Part shown: piece by piece, positions 28,999 through 37,770 of the stretch | How positions within the stretch are numbered: the first letter of the stretch is position 1 | How the letters are laid out: the number at the start of each line of letters is the position of its first letter | Assembly (NCBI GenBank): GCA_043781975.1 | Contig: JAYWAZ010000165.1 | Location: 9,144-73,143, forward strand | Direction of reading: 5' to 3' | Source of the DNA: Bacteroidota bacterium | GTDB lineage: Bacteria > Bacteroidota > Bacteroidia > Chitinophagales > Chitinophagaceae | DNA: 64,000 nucleotides | Translations under genes and position numbers: made by a program | Notes under the pieces: generated by a model | What the model was told of the DNA's origin: nothing | Databases searched by the model: none | The model's input: the letters and a program-made list of their open reading frames with translations, nothing else

Positions 28999-29475
28999 CT
29001 ACCTCCCTTTTTTAATAACAACCACGCGGTCCTTATCTTCCGGGAAAGGCCTGGTATCGGGTTCGCAGCATTCTACTTCACATCTTTCCAGCGCATTGGG
29101 AACATAGGGTTCTGTAATGACCTGGCTTTCGCCATTCATACAGATCGTAAAGAATTCCTGCCCTAATAATTTGAAACAGACCTGCGAGTAATTGGGTATA
29201 CGTACCCTTACTTTCATCATATCCTTAATATCCTGGAGTGTAAACCTGGGGAGGTTAAGCAGTTCCACTTTGCTATCGGTAAAAACCGGTTGCTTCGGGT
29301 CTCCTATTATTAAAGTGGCCACCGGTTGATTTCGATCACCGGTAATCTTAGCGTTGGAATTGGAGTTAAGCGTAGCATCTACCTTGCTGTTAAGATTGCC
29401 GTCTATATGCGCGGCTATATCTCCTTTTAGGTTGGTGTCAATAGTATAATGATCTGGAATAGTTGGTGAGCCCAT
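28999..29475 (-). CDS. Hypothetical protein, first gene of the isoprenoid cluster
   Basis: ATG at 29475 (MGSPTIPD) preferred to TTG at 29547; Asn/Asp-rich N half, duplicated I.GD..QPV, C-terminal CEVECCEP. Confidence 0.7.
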   Translation of the reverse strand: MGSPTIPDHYTIDTNLKGDIAAHIDGNLNSKVDATLNSNSNAKITGDRNQPVATLIIGDPKQPVFTDSKVELLNLPRFTLQDIKDMMKVRVRIPNYSQVCFKLLGQEFFTICMNGESQVITEPYVPNALERCEVECCEPDTRPFPEDKDRVVVIKKGR

Positions 29476-29730
29476 AAAAAAAGGTTTTAATATAGAGTAA
29501 GATATAAAATAAATTACATATTTCAAGCTATTTCCAAAATTTCTCAAATAAAAGTTCCGCTACCATAAAAAAGGGGTGTTTTTCATGGTAAAATACAGAC
29601 TCCACTAAGCCTGATCGGGCATTTGCTATCATAAATTGTATTGAAGAAGCAAGGAGAACGGTCAGCAGTTAAGAAAACGATTGATGAATTGAAAAAAGGG
29701 AACTAAGTTTATAGGATCAAAAACTGTTTC

Positions 29731-31923
29731 ATGAAAAAATTAATTGGCCTTTTATTTTTCATAATAATCAGTTCCAAAAATTTTTCCCAGCAGTTTCAAA
29801 GTTCTGAAATATCCCATTGGGAAAAACAATCAAAAAATGTAACCATCATACGCGACAACTGGGGCATTCCACATATCTATGGCAAAACAGATGCGGATGC
29901 GGTGTTTGGACTGCTGTATGCGCAATGCGAAGATGATTTCCACAGGGTGGAGATGAACTATATTGAAAAGCTGGGACGATTGGCGGAAGTAAAGGGCGAG
30001 TCGTCGCTTTATGCCGACCTGCTGATACGGATGATCATTGATCCGGCTGACGCGATACGCGATTATAAAAAAAGTCCGCCCTGGCTGCATAAATTACTGG
30101 ATGCATTTGCCGACGGCATCAATTATTATTTATACAAACACCCCGACGTAAAACCCGCGCTCCTCTATCATTTTGAACCCTGGTATCCTTTATTGTGGAC
30201 CGACGGCAGCATCGGCGCCATCAGTACCGGCGGAGTTACGGAAGAGGAACTGAAAAATTTTTATACCGGCAGCAATGTTGAGCTGGCCATAAACAAAGAC
30301 CCGGAGGAGGAATTGTTAACGGGCTCCAATGGTTTTGCTTTTTCGCCCTCCATTACCGCATCAAAAAATGCAATACTTTATATCAACCCCCACGTGACCT
30401 TTTATTTTCGTCCCGAAGTACAGGTGGCGAGCGAAGAGGGCCTGAATGTATACGGGGCCGTTACCTGGGGGCAGTTCTTCGTGTACCAGGGTTTCAATGA
30501 ACATTGTGGGTGGATGCACACGTCCAGTGTGGTGGATGTAGCGGATATGTACGCCGAAAAGGTAACCGCTAAAAATAATGGTTGGGTTTATGAATACGAT
30601 AAGGCACAGAAAGCGGTAACCGAAAAAAAGATAACAATTCGGTACCTGGCCCAAAATAAAATCGTTTCCAAAACCATTCAGGCCTTTTTTACCCATCATG
30701 GCCCGGTAATGGCTAAACGCAACGGGCGATGGATCAGCATGCGGTCGCACAATCGTTCCATGGACGGTCTCATCCAGTCCTGGCAACGCACCAAGACCAG
30801 GAGCTTCGCCGAATACAAAAAAGTGATGGACATCCGGGCCAATACCTCCAATAATACGGTATATGCCGATGCAGAAGGCAATATCGCCTACTGGCATGGC
30901 AACTTCATTCCTAAAAGGAATAGTTCAATTGACTGGTCAAAACCTGTGGACGGCAGTATTTCGGCCACCGAATGGAAAGGAATACATACCGTGGAAGATG
31001 GGATACATCTTTACAACCCTCTCAATGGCTGGCTGCAGAATTGCAATTCAACTCCTTTTACCGTGGCGGGAACCAATAGCCCCAAAAGAGATGATTATCC
31101 TGCATACATGGCACCCGATGGTGAGAATTTCCGCGGGCTCAATGCCGTAAGGGTATTAAGTAAAGGTAATGGCTACACGCTTGATAAGGTGATCAGTGCC
31201 GGATACGACACCTACCTGGCCGGTTTTGAAAAACTGGTACCCGCCCTCGTGAATTCCTTTGAAAAGAATATCTCAAAAGACGATTCGCTATACAACCTGT
31301 TGCTTGAACCCATATCCACACTAAAGAACTGGGACCTGCGCTGCGGGGAAAATTCCATCGCCACCACACTGGCTGTTGAATGGGGACAAAAATTATTGCC
31401 ACTGATCAATAAGATACAAACGGACAATACGGTTTCGGACCTGGTGGATAAGACCAACCTTTTTGCAGCATCCGCAAGTTCAACCACTTTGCTACAGCCA
31501 TTTAAAGCGGTATTGGTTGAATTGAAAACCAAATATGGCAGTTGGCAAACCCCCTGGGGAAGCCTTAACCGTTACCAGCGCATATCCGGCGATATTGACC
31601 AGCAATACAGGGATGACCAGCCCAGTCTGCCTGTTGGATTCGCTTCATCACAATGGGGCATATTGCCATCGTATGCAAGTCGTTATTATCCGGGTACCAA
31701 AAAAAGATATGGCTTGAATGGCAATAGTTTTATCTGTGCGGTGGAGTTTGGTAAAAAGATAAGCGCAAAGTCCTTACTGGCCGGCGGTGAAAGTGGTGAT
31801 CCCAACTCGCCACACTTTAAAGACCAGGCATTGATGTATACAAAGGGACAGTTTAAGGAAGTACTTTTTTATAAAGAAGATGTGCTGAAGCATGCGGAAA
31901 GAACTTATCACCCCGGGGAGTAG
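29731..31923 (+). CDS. Penicillin acylase family (Ntn-hydrolase, peptidase S45)
   Basis: IIRDNWGIPHIYG, GSNG cleavage site, INPH, QNCN, GGESGDPNSPHFKDQ. Confidence 0.93.
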   Translation: MKKLIGLLFFIIISSKNFSQQFQSSEISHWEKQSKNVTIIRDNWGIPHIYGKTDADAVFGLLYAQCEDDFHRVEMNYIEKLGRLAEVKGESSLYADLLIRMIIDPADAIRDYKKSPPWLHKLLDAFADGINYYLYKHPDVKPALLYHFEPWYPLLWTDGSIGAISTGGVTEEELKNFYTGSNVELAINKDPEEELLTGSNGFAFSPSITASKNAILYINPHVTFYFRPEVQVASEEGLNVYGAVTWGQFFVYQGFNEHCGWMHTSSVVDVADMYAEKVTAKNNGWVYEYDKAQKAVTEKKITIRYLAQNKIVSKTIQAFFTHHGPVMAKRNGRWISMRSHNRSMDGLIQSWQRTKTRSFAEYKKVMDIRANTSNNTVYADAEGNIAYWHGNFIPKRNSSIDWSKPVDGSISATEWKGIHTVEDGIHLYNPLNGWLQNCNSTPFTVAGTNSPKRDDYPAYMAPDGENFRGLNAVRVLSKGNGYTLDKVISAGYDTYLAGFEKLVPALVNSFEKNISKDDSLYNLLLEPISTLKNWDLRCGENSIATTLAVEWGQKLLPLINKIQTDNTVSDLVDKTNLFAASASSTTLLQPFKAVLVELKTKYGSWQTPWGSLNRYQRISGDIDQQYRDDQPSLPVGFASSQWGILPSYASRYYPGTKKRYGLNGNSFICAVEFGKKISAKSLLAGGESGDPNSPHFKDQALMYTKGQFKEVLFYKEDVLKHAERTYHPGE

Positions 31924-31967
31924 ATTAAATTGATGGGAAAGATGCAGTACATTTCGTAAAGAAATTA

Positions 31968-32420
31968 TTATTTTTTACTTTTTGATTTTTGTTCCAACCA
32001 CAGACATATCCCTACAATTTTTTCAGCGCCGAATACTTTTACTAATTCAAAAAAACTTTTGACCGCATGCCGTAAAGTATCGTGTTGATAATTCACCAGG
32101 CTGAAATCCTGGTTTATCACAACCGGGGCCAGGGCAATAATGATCACAAACACCTTTAGATACTTCATGGATGTCTGAATATGAACATCATCCATCCTCA
32201 GGCGCCTGAGATTTTTAATAAATTGACAAAAATAGAAAGTAAACAGTAAGGTCATCATCCCTAAACTAGCCAGGTTTATTCCATACATACCTTTCAGATA
32301 ATTTACGCTGTCGGCATAAAGAAATGAGAGGTTTCCGATCGCCAGGCTTTTTACTAAAATCGAGAAGGAAAAAAATTCTGAAATCCATTTCATGATTGTA
32401 ATTAGAATATTTTTCATCAT
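31968..32420 (-). CDS. Hypothetical membrane protein, divergent from the P-loop gene
   Basis: 150-aa AT-rich ORF with about 3 hydrophobic segments. Confidence 0.55.
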   Translation of the reverse strand: MMKNILITIMKWISEFFSFSILVKSLAIGNLSFLYADSVNYLKGMYGINLASLGMMTLLFTFYFCQFIKNLRRLRMDDVHIQTSMKYLKVFVIIIALAPVVINQDFSLVNYQHDTLRHAVKSFFELVKVFGAEKIVGICLWLEQKSKSKK

Positions 32421-32506
32421 TATTTATTTTTCAGCAAATTGGTTAATGATGCTATCCTGACTGTGGATTAATGGCATTATTTTAGGATAAATAGCGGACA
32501 AATGAA

Positions 32507-32514
32507 TAAATTTG
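32507..32514 (+). promoter_or_regulatory. -7 box directly before the P-loop gene (very short or no leader)
   Basis: TAAATTTG ends 4 nt before ATG 32519. Confidence 0.5.
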
Positions 32515-32518
32515 GGCG

Positions 32519-35500
32519 ATGCCCGCCGCCAGCAACCCATATAACCCCTGTGAAATCATTCTTCTTAAGGCTTTGATAGCTAAGACATTTAACAATTCAG
32601 GGCCACAGGAATTGAGCAATAAGATTTATTTCGATCTGGCGGAGGCCATTAATTATGCAGCTAAAAAGTCTGGTAATACTGAAAATGTAAATGACGAATA
32701 TTTAAAAAAAATAATCGGTAATGGGGTTAATCTTAAGTTCAGGCTATCAAAAAAGAATTATATCCTGCTTACTAATTACGTAAATGTAAATAACGAGAAT
32801 TTTAACTTTAATGACTTTTATACGAGTCTTTTTAACGAGTCTATTATAATAATGTATAAAGATATAAATTGGGATAATGCTCAAGATCGTCAGGATGAAG
32901 TAAAGGAGATAAATGCCTGGGCCCTGGAAAAGATAAGGAATCACTTCGCTCCCATAATTCCCTATTCACAGCCGGCTGACAGAAGCCTGAAAGGCGCTTA
33001 TTTTATTGACGAGGATTATATCAGCATTATAGAGGGAAAACCAAAAGACGCACATAAGGCCATTGATTTTTACACCGCCAAGAGAGATGATGACTGCCAA
33101 TGGTTTGGGATTTTACAAAAATGGGATTTGATCCGTACTGGCTACAAATCTTTTAGACAAGCAATTCTTAACAGCTTTGCCAATAATATCAACAGCCGAC
33201 TGGTTGGTCTGGTATCTGGTCCGGGCGGGAGCGGCAAATCAACCTTACTCCGTCGCCTAGCGATAGACACGGTTAAGGAAGAGTTCAGGACGATATGGGT
33301 AAGTAATATAAACGATTTCCTTGCAAATGATTTTGATACTTCATTCGAAGCAACGGCCCGGTATCTAATTATTATTGAAGACTGGTATCAATTGGCCATG
33401 GATGATATGGTCAGCAAATCTTTTTTGCAAAAAATAAATGAGTTTAAAAACATTCGTATTGTAATAGGTGACAGGGACATTACCGGGAAATTTTATAAAA
33501 GGTATTTGTATGGAGAAAATATCTTGCCCCTGAGTTCAGAAGATAATTTAGAGGTACTCCGTAAACTGAAAGCGCTGGAACCAATTTGGTCGAATACGAT
33601 TGACAAATTAATGAATCATGCCGCCAACACTTCATTGTATCTATTATTATTTTTGTTTGCGCATGTTGAAACGAACAAGAATGAAGGTGATCTAAAGATT
33701 GATTTGAATGATGTAATGGCCGATTTCCGGGAAATAATTCAAAGCGATCTGAAAAAAATATACTTACTCTACCCCGGAATCGCCAAAGCCCTCTTTTATT
33801 GGTCCAATGTATATAAAGTACATAAAATAAAGATTAGTGACAGTGCCTTTTGGGCTATTGCCTATTATTACCAGCAAGATCTTAGCAGAAACCTTCAGTT
33901 AACTGGAAACACTAATATTGGTCAGCTGGTTTTTAAATACATATATTTCGATAAATCAGATCAAAGTAAAGTAAAAAACAACGGCATCGAGCTATTAAAC
34001 TTCAATCATGACCTTCTTGCCGAAGAAGGGTTGGCTTATGCGTTGCTGGAAGGCTTTGACGCTTATGATGATAATGATAAAAGAAATATTCTGAATGCCG
34101 TTGTACATAACAACGAGCACTATTCCTCCTCGGTACTCTTTGATATTTTCTATCGCAATGAAAGGCAGATCTTTCATGATGACTCAGAAATAAAAGAATT
34201 TTTTTTCGCCCTTTTTAATAAAAAAAACAATCAGCATCACTACCTGGTAAATATGTTAAGTTTTGATTTTGTTTCTAAAGAAGAAAAGCTTTCCCTTATT
34301 AACCAGGCTACTGATTTTTGTAATAAAAATAATTGGTTTTGGAGCTACTCACCCGAATGGATCAATTCTGTTTTTTCCAAACTGGAACGAAAGGATATTT
34401 TTCAATTTCTTTTTTCAAAAATTACTAATACCCATATTTGGACCAGCTATAGAAAAATACTGGAGCGAAGGGAATTATATCATTTAGCAATTGATTTGTT
34501 GACTAAATTTTGTAACCGGGAGAAATTATACCAAATGATTAGTTATGGCATTATCTGTAATTGCCTTACTATAACCGGAGATAAAAGATTTGCAGAAATA
34601 ATTTTAAAACTCTATTGCGATGATGAAATATTAGACCAAAGTATTGCAGCCGATATTATTTGCACCTGCCTTACATTAACCCATGATAAAACATCAGCAG
34701 AAAAGATATTAAAAGTGTATTGTGGCGAGGAAAAAGAGGCTATCGAATTAAAAGTCGAGCTTATTTGTACTTGTCTTACTATAACAGGGGATAAAAGATA
34801 TGCAGAAAAGATTTTAAATTTCTATTGTGGCGGAGAAAAATTAGAGCAAAATATTGTAGCCGGGCTTACTTGTACTTGTCTTGCTATAACTGAAGACAAA
34901 AATACTGCAGAAAAGATTTTAGAATTGTATTGCAGCGGGGGTAAATTAGATCGAAATATTCCATTTGACCTTATTTGCACTTGCCTTACAATAACAGGTA
35001 ATAAAAACTCTGCAGAAAAGATTTTAAAAATATATTTTAGCGCTGAAAAATTTGACCAACCCATTGCATCACAAATTATAAGCACTTGTCTTACAATAAC
35101 TGGAGATAAAATATCAGCGGAAGAGATTTTAAAAATATATTTTAGTGCTGAAAAACTAGACCAGGCCATTGCATTTGATATTGTCTGCTCCTGTCTTAAC
35201 GTAACCGGGGATAAAATTGCTGCAGAAAGGATTTTGAATAAATTTATCTCAGGAGAAAAGATTGTGCCAGAAATTCTAAGTCCTGCAACTCGAATCTTTT
35301 ATAATAATAAAGATTATGAAATATTGATTCGTGATGTTTTAACAAAAAGTGTCAGCCTGAATCAATTTAAAGCTATATGGAACAGTATAAATATTTTGCA
35401 TTCAATCAACCCGGAAAATGAAGAATTACAGAAGGTTGTTTCCCAATTTTTCAGTCACTTTTTTGATAAAACCAAATCACATGAATTACTTAATGCCCAT

Positions 35501-35917
35501 TCTCAATTATTAAAAATCCCATTGTTCGAAAATAGAGATTGGTGTGCTGCTGTGAATTATATAGATCAAAATTACCGCTACCTTTACCGAAAATTTGTGT
35601 TTGGGTATATCATCGGTCAAAAAGAAGATATCAGAAAAACAGAATCCATTTGCAGATATTTTCTCGAGAACTGGCAAAGAGAAGTTGATTTTCAGAAACT
35701 AAAACGAATACCATATTACCAGCATATTATGCTTTCTTTCCAGCATCCCGCCCTTGAAAAGCTTGCTAAAGAAATTGCTCCCAAACTCTATGCCTATATT
35801 ACAGAAAATAATATTCAATTTTTAAAGGATAATATGAAGGTACTTGAAGACATCGTAATGAATGGAATTATCAAACCCTGGCCAATCAAAGAAGCACTAA
35901 CAGATGAGCCGATATAA
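32519..35917 (+). CDS. Large P-loop NTPase (STAND-like) with C-terminal 35-aa helical repeats
   Basis: Walker A GPGGSGKST, Walker B-like LIIIED, FNHDLL winged-helix-like motif, 7 tandem repeats. Confidence 0.8.
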   Translation: MPAASNPYNPCEIILLKALIAKTFNNSGPQELSNKIYFDLAEAINYAAKKSGNTENVNDEYLKKIIGNGVNLKFRLSKKNYILLTNYVNVNNENFNFNDFYTSLFNESIIIMYKDINWDNAQDRQDEVKEINAWALEKIRNHFAPIIPYSQPADRSLKGAYFIDEDYISIIEGKPKDAHKAIDFYTAKRDDDCQWFGILQKWDLIRTGYKSFRQAILNSFANNINSRLVGLVSGPGGSGKSTLLRRLAIDTVKEEFRTIWVSNINDFLANDFDTSFEATARYLIIIEDWYQLAMDDMVSKSFLQKINEFKNIRIVIGDRDITGKFYKRYLYGENILPLSSEDNLEVLRKLKALEPIWSNTIDKLMNHAANTSLYLLLFLFAHVETNKNEGDLKIDLNDVMADFREIIQSDLKKIYLLYPGIAKALFYWSNVYKVHKIKISDSAFWAIAYYYQQDLSRNLQLTGNTNIGQLVFKYIYFDKSDQSKVKNNGIELLNFNHDLLAEEGLAYALLEGFDAYDDNDKRNILNAVVHNNEHYSSSVLFDIFYRNERQIFHDDSEIKEFFFALFNKKNNQHHYLVNMLSFDFVSKEEKLSLINQATDFCNKNNWFWSYSPEWINSVFSKLERKDIFQFLFSKITNTHIWTSYRKILERRELYHLAIDLLTKFCNREKLYQMISYGIICNCLTITGDKRFAEIILKLYCDDEILDQSIAADIICTCLTLTHDKTSAEKILKVYCGEEKEAIELKVELICTCLTITGDKRYAEKILNFYCGGEKLEQNIVAGLTCTCLAITEDKNTAEKILELYCSGGKLDRNIPFDLICTCLTITGNKNSAEKILKIYFSAEKFDQPIASQIISTCLTITGDKISAEEILKIYFSAEKLDQAIAFDIVCSCLNVTGDKIAAERILNKFISGEKIVPEILSPATRIFYNNKDYEILIRDVLTKSVSLNQFKAIWNSINILHSINPENEELQKVVSQFFSHFFDKTKSHELLNAHSQLLKIPLFENRDWCAAVNYIDQNYRYLYRKFVFGYIIGQKEDIRKTESICRYFLENWQREVDFQKLKRIPYYQHIMLSFQHPALEKLAKEIAPKLYAYITENNIQFLKDNMKVLEDIVMNGIIKPWPIKEALTDEPI
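34550..35284 (+). repeat. Coding tandem repeat, 7 x 105 bp (35 aa)
   Basis: Units start at 34550, 34655, 34760, 34865, 34970, 35075, 35180; consensus IICTCLTITGDKxxAEKILKxYxxxEKLDQxIAxD. Confidence 0.95.
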
Positions 35918-36118
35918 GATGACACTTTAAACCAGAATCATTTTACATGCTCTTATTTTAAATTTACGGTCACAAAAAAATAATAAACTATTTGCCAGAT
36001 TAGACTTGCAACCACTGATTATACGAAGAATTATGAAAATATGCAATCGGTTACGGGCATAAAACCATTTGAGCAATTTGAACAAAACAATAAGTAATTT
36101 TGACAATAAAATGATCGC

Positions 36119-36667
36119 ATGGAACAACAACTCACCTTAGGCATCGGCACACGCCTGCAGCACACGCAATTCGGGCCAGGTGTGATCATTGGCGTTCGCT
36201 ACGCCACCTACCTTATTTCATTTATCCACCACGGCACTAAAGAGATCGATAAAACCGATACCAACCTGGACGAGATCATACCCGAACATGTTACTGCCGA
36301 AGTGGAAACGGTTTCGGAGGTCGAGAGATCCCTGTTGAAGATACTGCGGCAGTGGAGCGATGTGACCGAAATCGTTCCTATCGGCGACAAGTGGCATGGA
36401 GGTATGATGTCATTACAAACCGCTGACAAATCCTTAAAGCCAAAAGAAATTCCCATCGATGATTTCTTTCACAAGATCGTGATGCTGCGCGACCGGCTGC
36501 GGGTGCTGGAACAAAACATCAATAGCCATAAAAAACTGACCGATGAGGAGAAGGTGAACATTCAGCAGTATATTACAAGGTGCTACGGCTCGCTCACCAC
36601 ATTCAATGTGTTGTTTAAGAATAAAGAGCATTGGTTTGTGGGGGATAAATCAGGGAAGGAAGATTGA
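36119..36667 (+). CDS. Conserved Bacteroidota hypothetical protein
   Basis: LGIGTRLQH..FG.G, KEIPIDDFFHKIVMLRDRLRVLEQNIN, QQYITRCYGSLTTFN; TAATTTTG box at 36095. Confidence 0.8.
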   Translation: MEQQLTLGIGTRLQHTQFGPGVIIGVRYATYLISFIHHGTKEIDKTDTNLDEIIPEHVTAEVETVSEVERSLLKILRQWSDVTEIVPIGDKWHGGMMSLQTADKSLKPKEIPIDDFFHKIVMLRDRLRVLEQNINSHKKLTDEEKVNIQQYITRCYGSLTTFNVLFKNKEHWFVGDKSGKED

Positions 36668-36675
36668 TTTCTGAT

Positions 36676-36826
36676 AAATAGGCAACTGGCAATATGCAAA
36701 AATAGTCTGTAAATCTCAAACTACTTTTACTTTCCAAAATATTTATTACTCATTGCTTAGTGCCCATTGCATATCGCTTAGTGTCTAGTGCATTTTATGA
36801 CTAGCTGCTTATTGTTTATTCATTTT
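36676..36826. repeat. Degenerate inverted heptamer arrays
   Basis: ggcaact ggcaata tgcaaaa ... ttgctta gtgccca ttgcata tcgctta gtgtcta. Confidence 0.6.
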
Positions 36827-37182
36827 ATCCGTCATCTTATTTATCATTTTTTTTCCTGTTATCGTCAAAGGTTAAGTTGCTGAAGCTGCCTTTTCTATTT
36901 TTTATTTCTTTCCAACGCCGTGGGTGTTCCTGTCAACATCCGAAAGCCACCCCAACCACCCGTGAGCGCCGCCCCTTGGACCAGGCGGGGCGTTCTGAAT
37001 AGGATGAATATTTTAAGTTTGTAAGATGGAACACCCAGGGTTGCGAAATTTTTCAAATAGAGATATTGCCAGATATAAGCTGTTACATATTTATTTAAAT
37101 ACCGTGGCAACCATTTTTGCATGCATTACGATTAAAATATTATAGTAACTTTAAGACTTAAATACTACTAAATTGTCCCATT

Positions 37183-37770
37183 TTGTCAGGCAGTAACACG
37201 CTTGAGCATATTATCCGGGGTTGCATAAAAGCAAACAGGGATAGCCAAAAGCAGTTGTATATGCTGTACTTCGGTTTCTCTATGGGTATTTGTATGCGGT
37301 ATAGCGCCCATTACACGGAGGCAGAGGAAATAGTAAATGACGGGTTTTTAAAGATTTTTCATAAGATAGAAACATTTAGGCCAAGTTATGAAAGTTATGA
37401 GGCCTCTTTTGTTGGTTGGATAAAGAAGATATTTATTTATACAGCTATAGATCATTACAGAAAAAATAATAAATCGATAGCAATACCTATACTTGATGAC
37501 AGACACCTGGAAATCATTGAAAATTCAGCCAGCCCGATAGATAAAATGTCTTACAATGAAATAATAGCGCTTGTACAGAAACTATCACCTGCCTACCGAA
37601 CAGTTTTTAATTTATATGTATTGGATGGATATCCGCATGAGGAAATTTCAAAACAGCTGAATATTTCTGTGGGTACTTCTAAATCAAATCTTGCTAAAGC
37701 CAGAATAAACATTCAAAAAATGTTTAAGCTAACAAATGTTAAACTGTATGAGCAACGAAGAGCAATATAA
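37183..37770 (+). CDS. ECF sigma-70 factor
   Basis: SQKQLY, AEEIVNDGFLKIF, WIKKIFIYTAIDHYR, LSPAYRTVFNL, ISVGTSKSNLAKAR. Confidence 0.93.
   Translation: MSGSNTLEHIIRGCIKANRDSQKQLYMLYFGFSMGICMRYSAHYTEAEEIVNDGFLKIFHKIETFRPSYESYEASFVGWIKKIFIYTAIDHYRKNNKSIAIPILDDRHLEIIENSASPIDKMSYNEIIALVQKLSPAYRTVFNLYVLDGYPHEEISKQLNISVGTSKSNLAKARINIQKMFKLTNVKLYEQRRAI

Noticed and set aside
26048-29475. Encapsulin, BMC, gas vesicle, R-body or phage structural genes
   Set aside because: No HK97, BMC, GvpA or Reb motifs recognised; sizes and Ig-like patterns do not fit.
34550-35284. 105-bp periodic repeat as a CRISPR array
   Set aside because: Whole units are similar, in frame and coding; no constant repeat with unique spacers; no cas genes.
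36895-37122. 75-aa minus-strand ORF across the GC-rich segment
   Set aside because: No recognisable features; likely a chance ORF.
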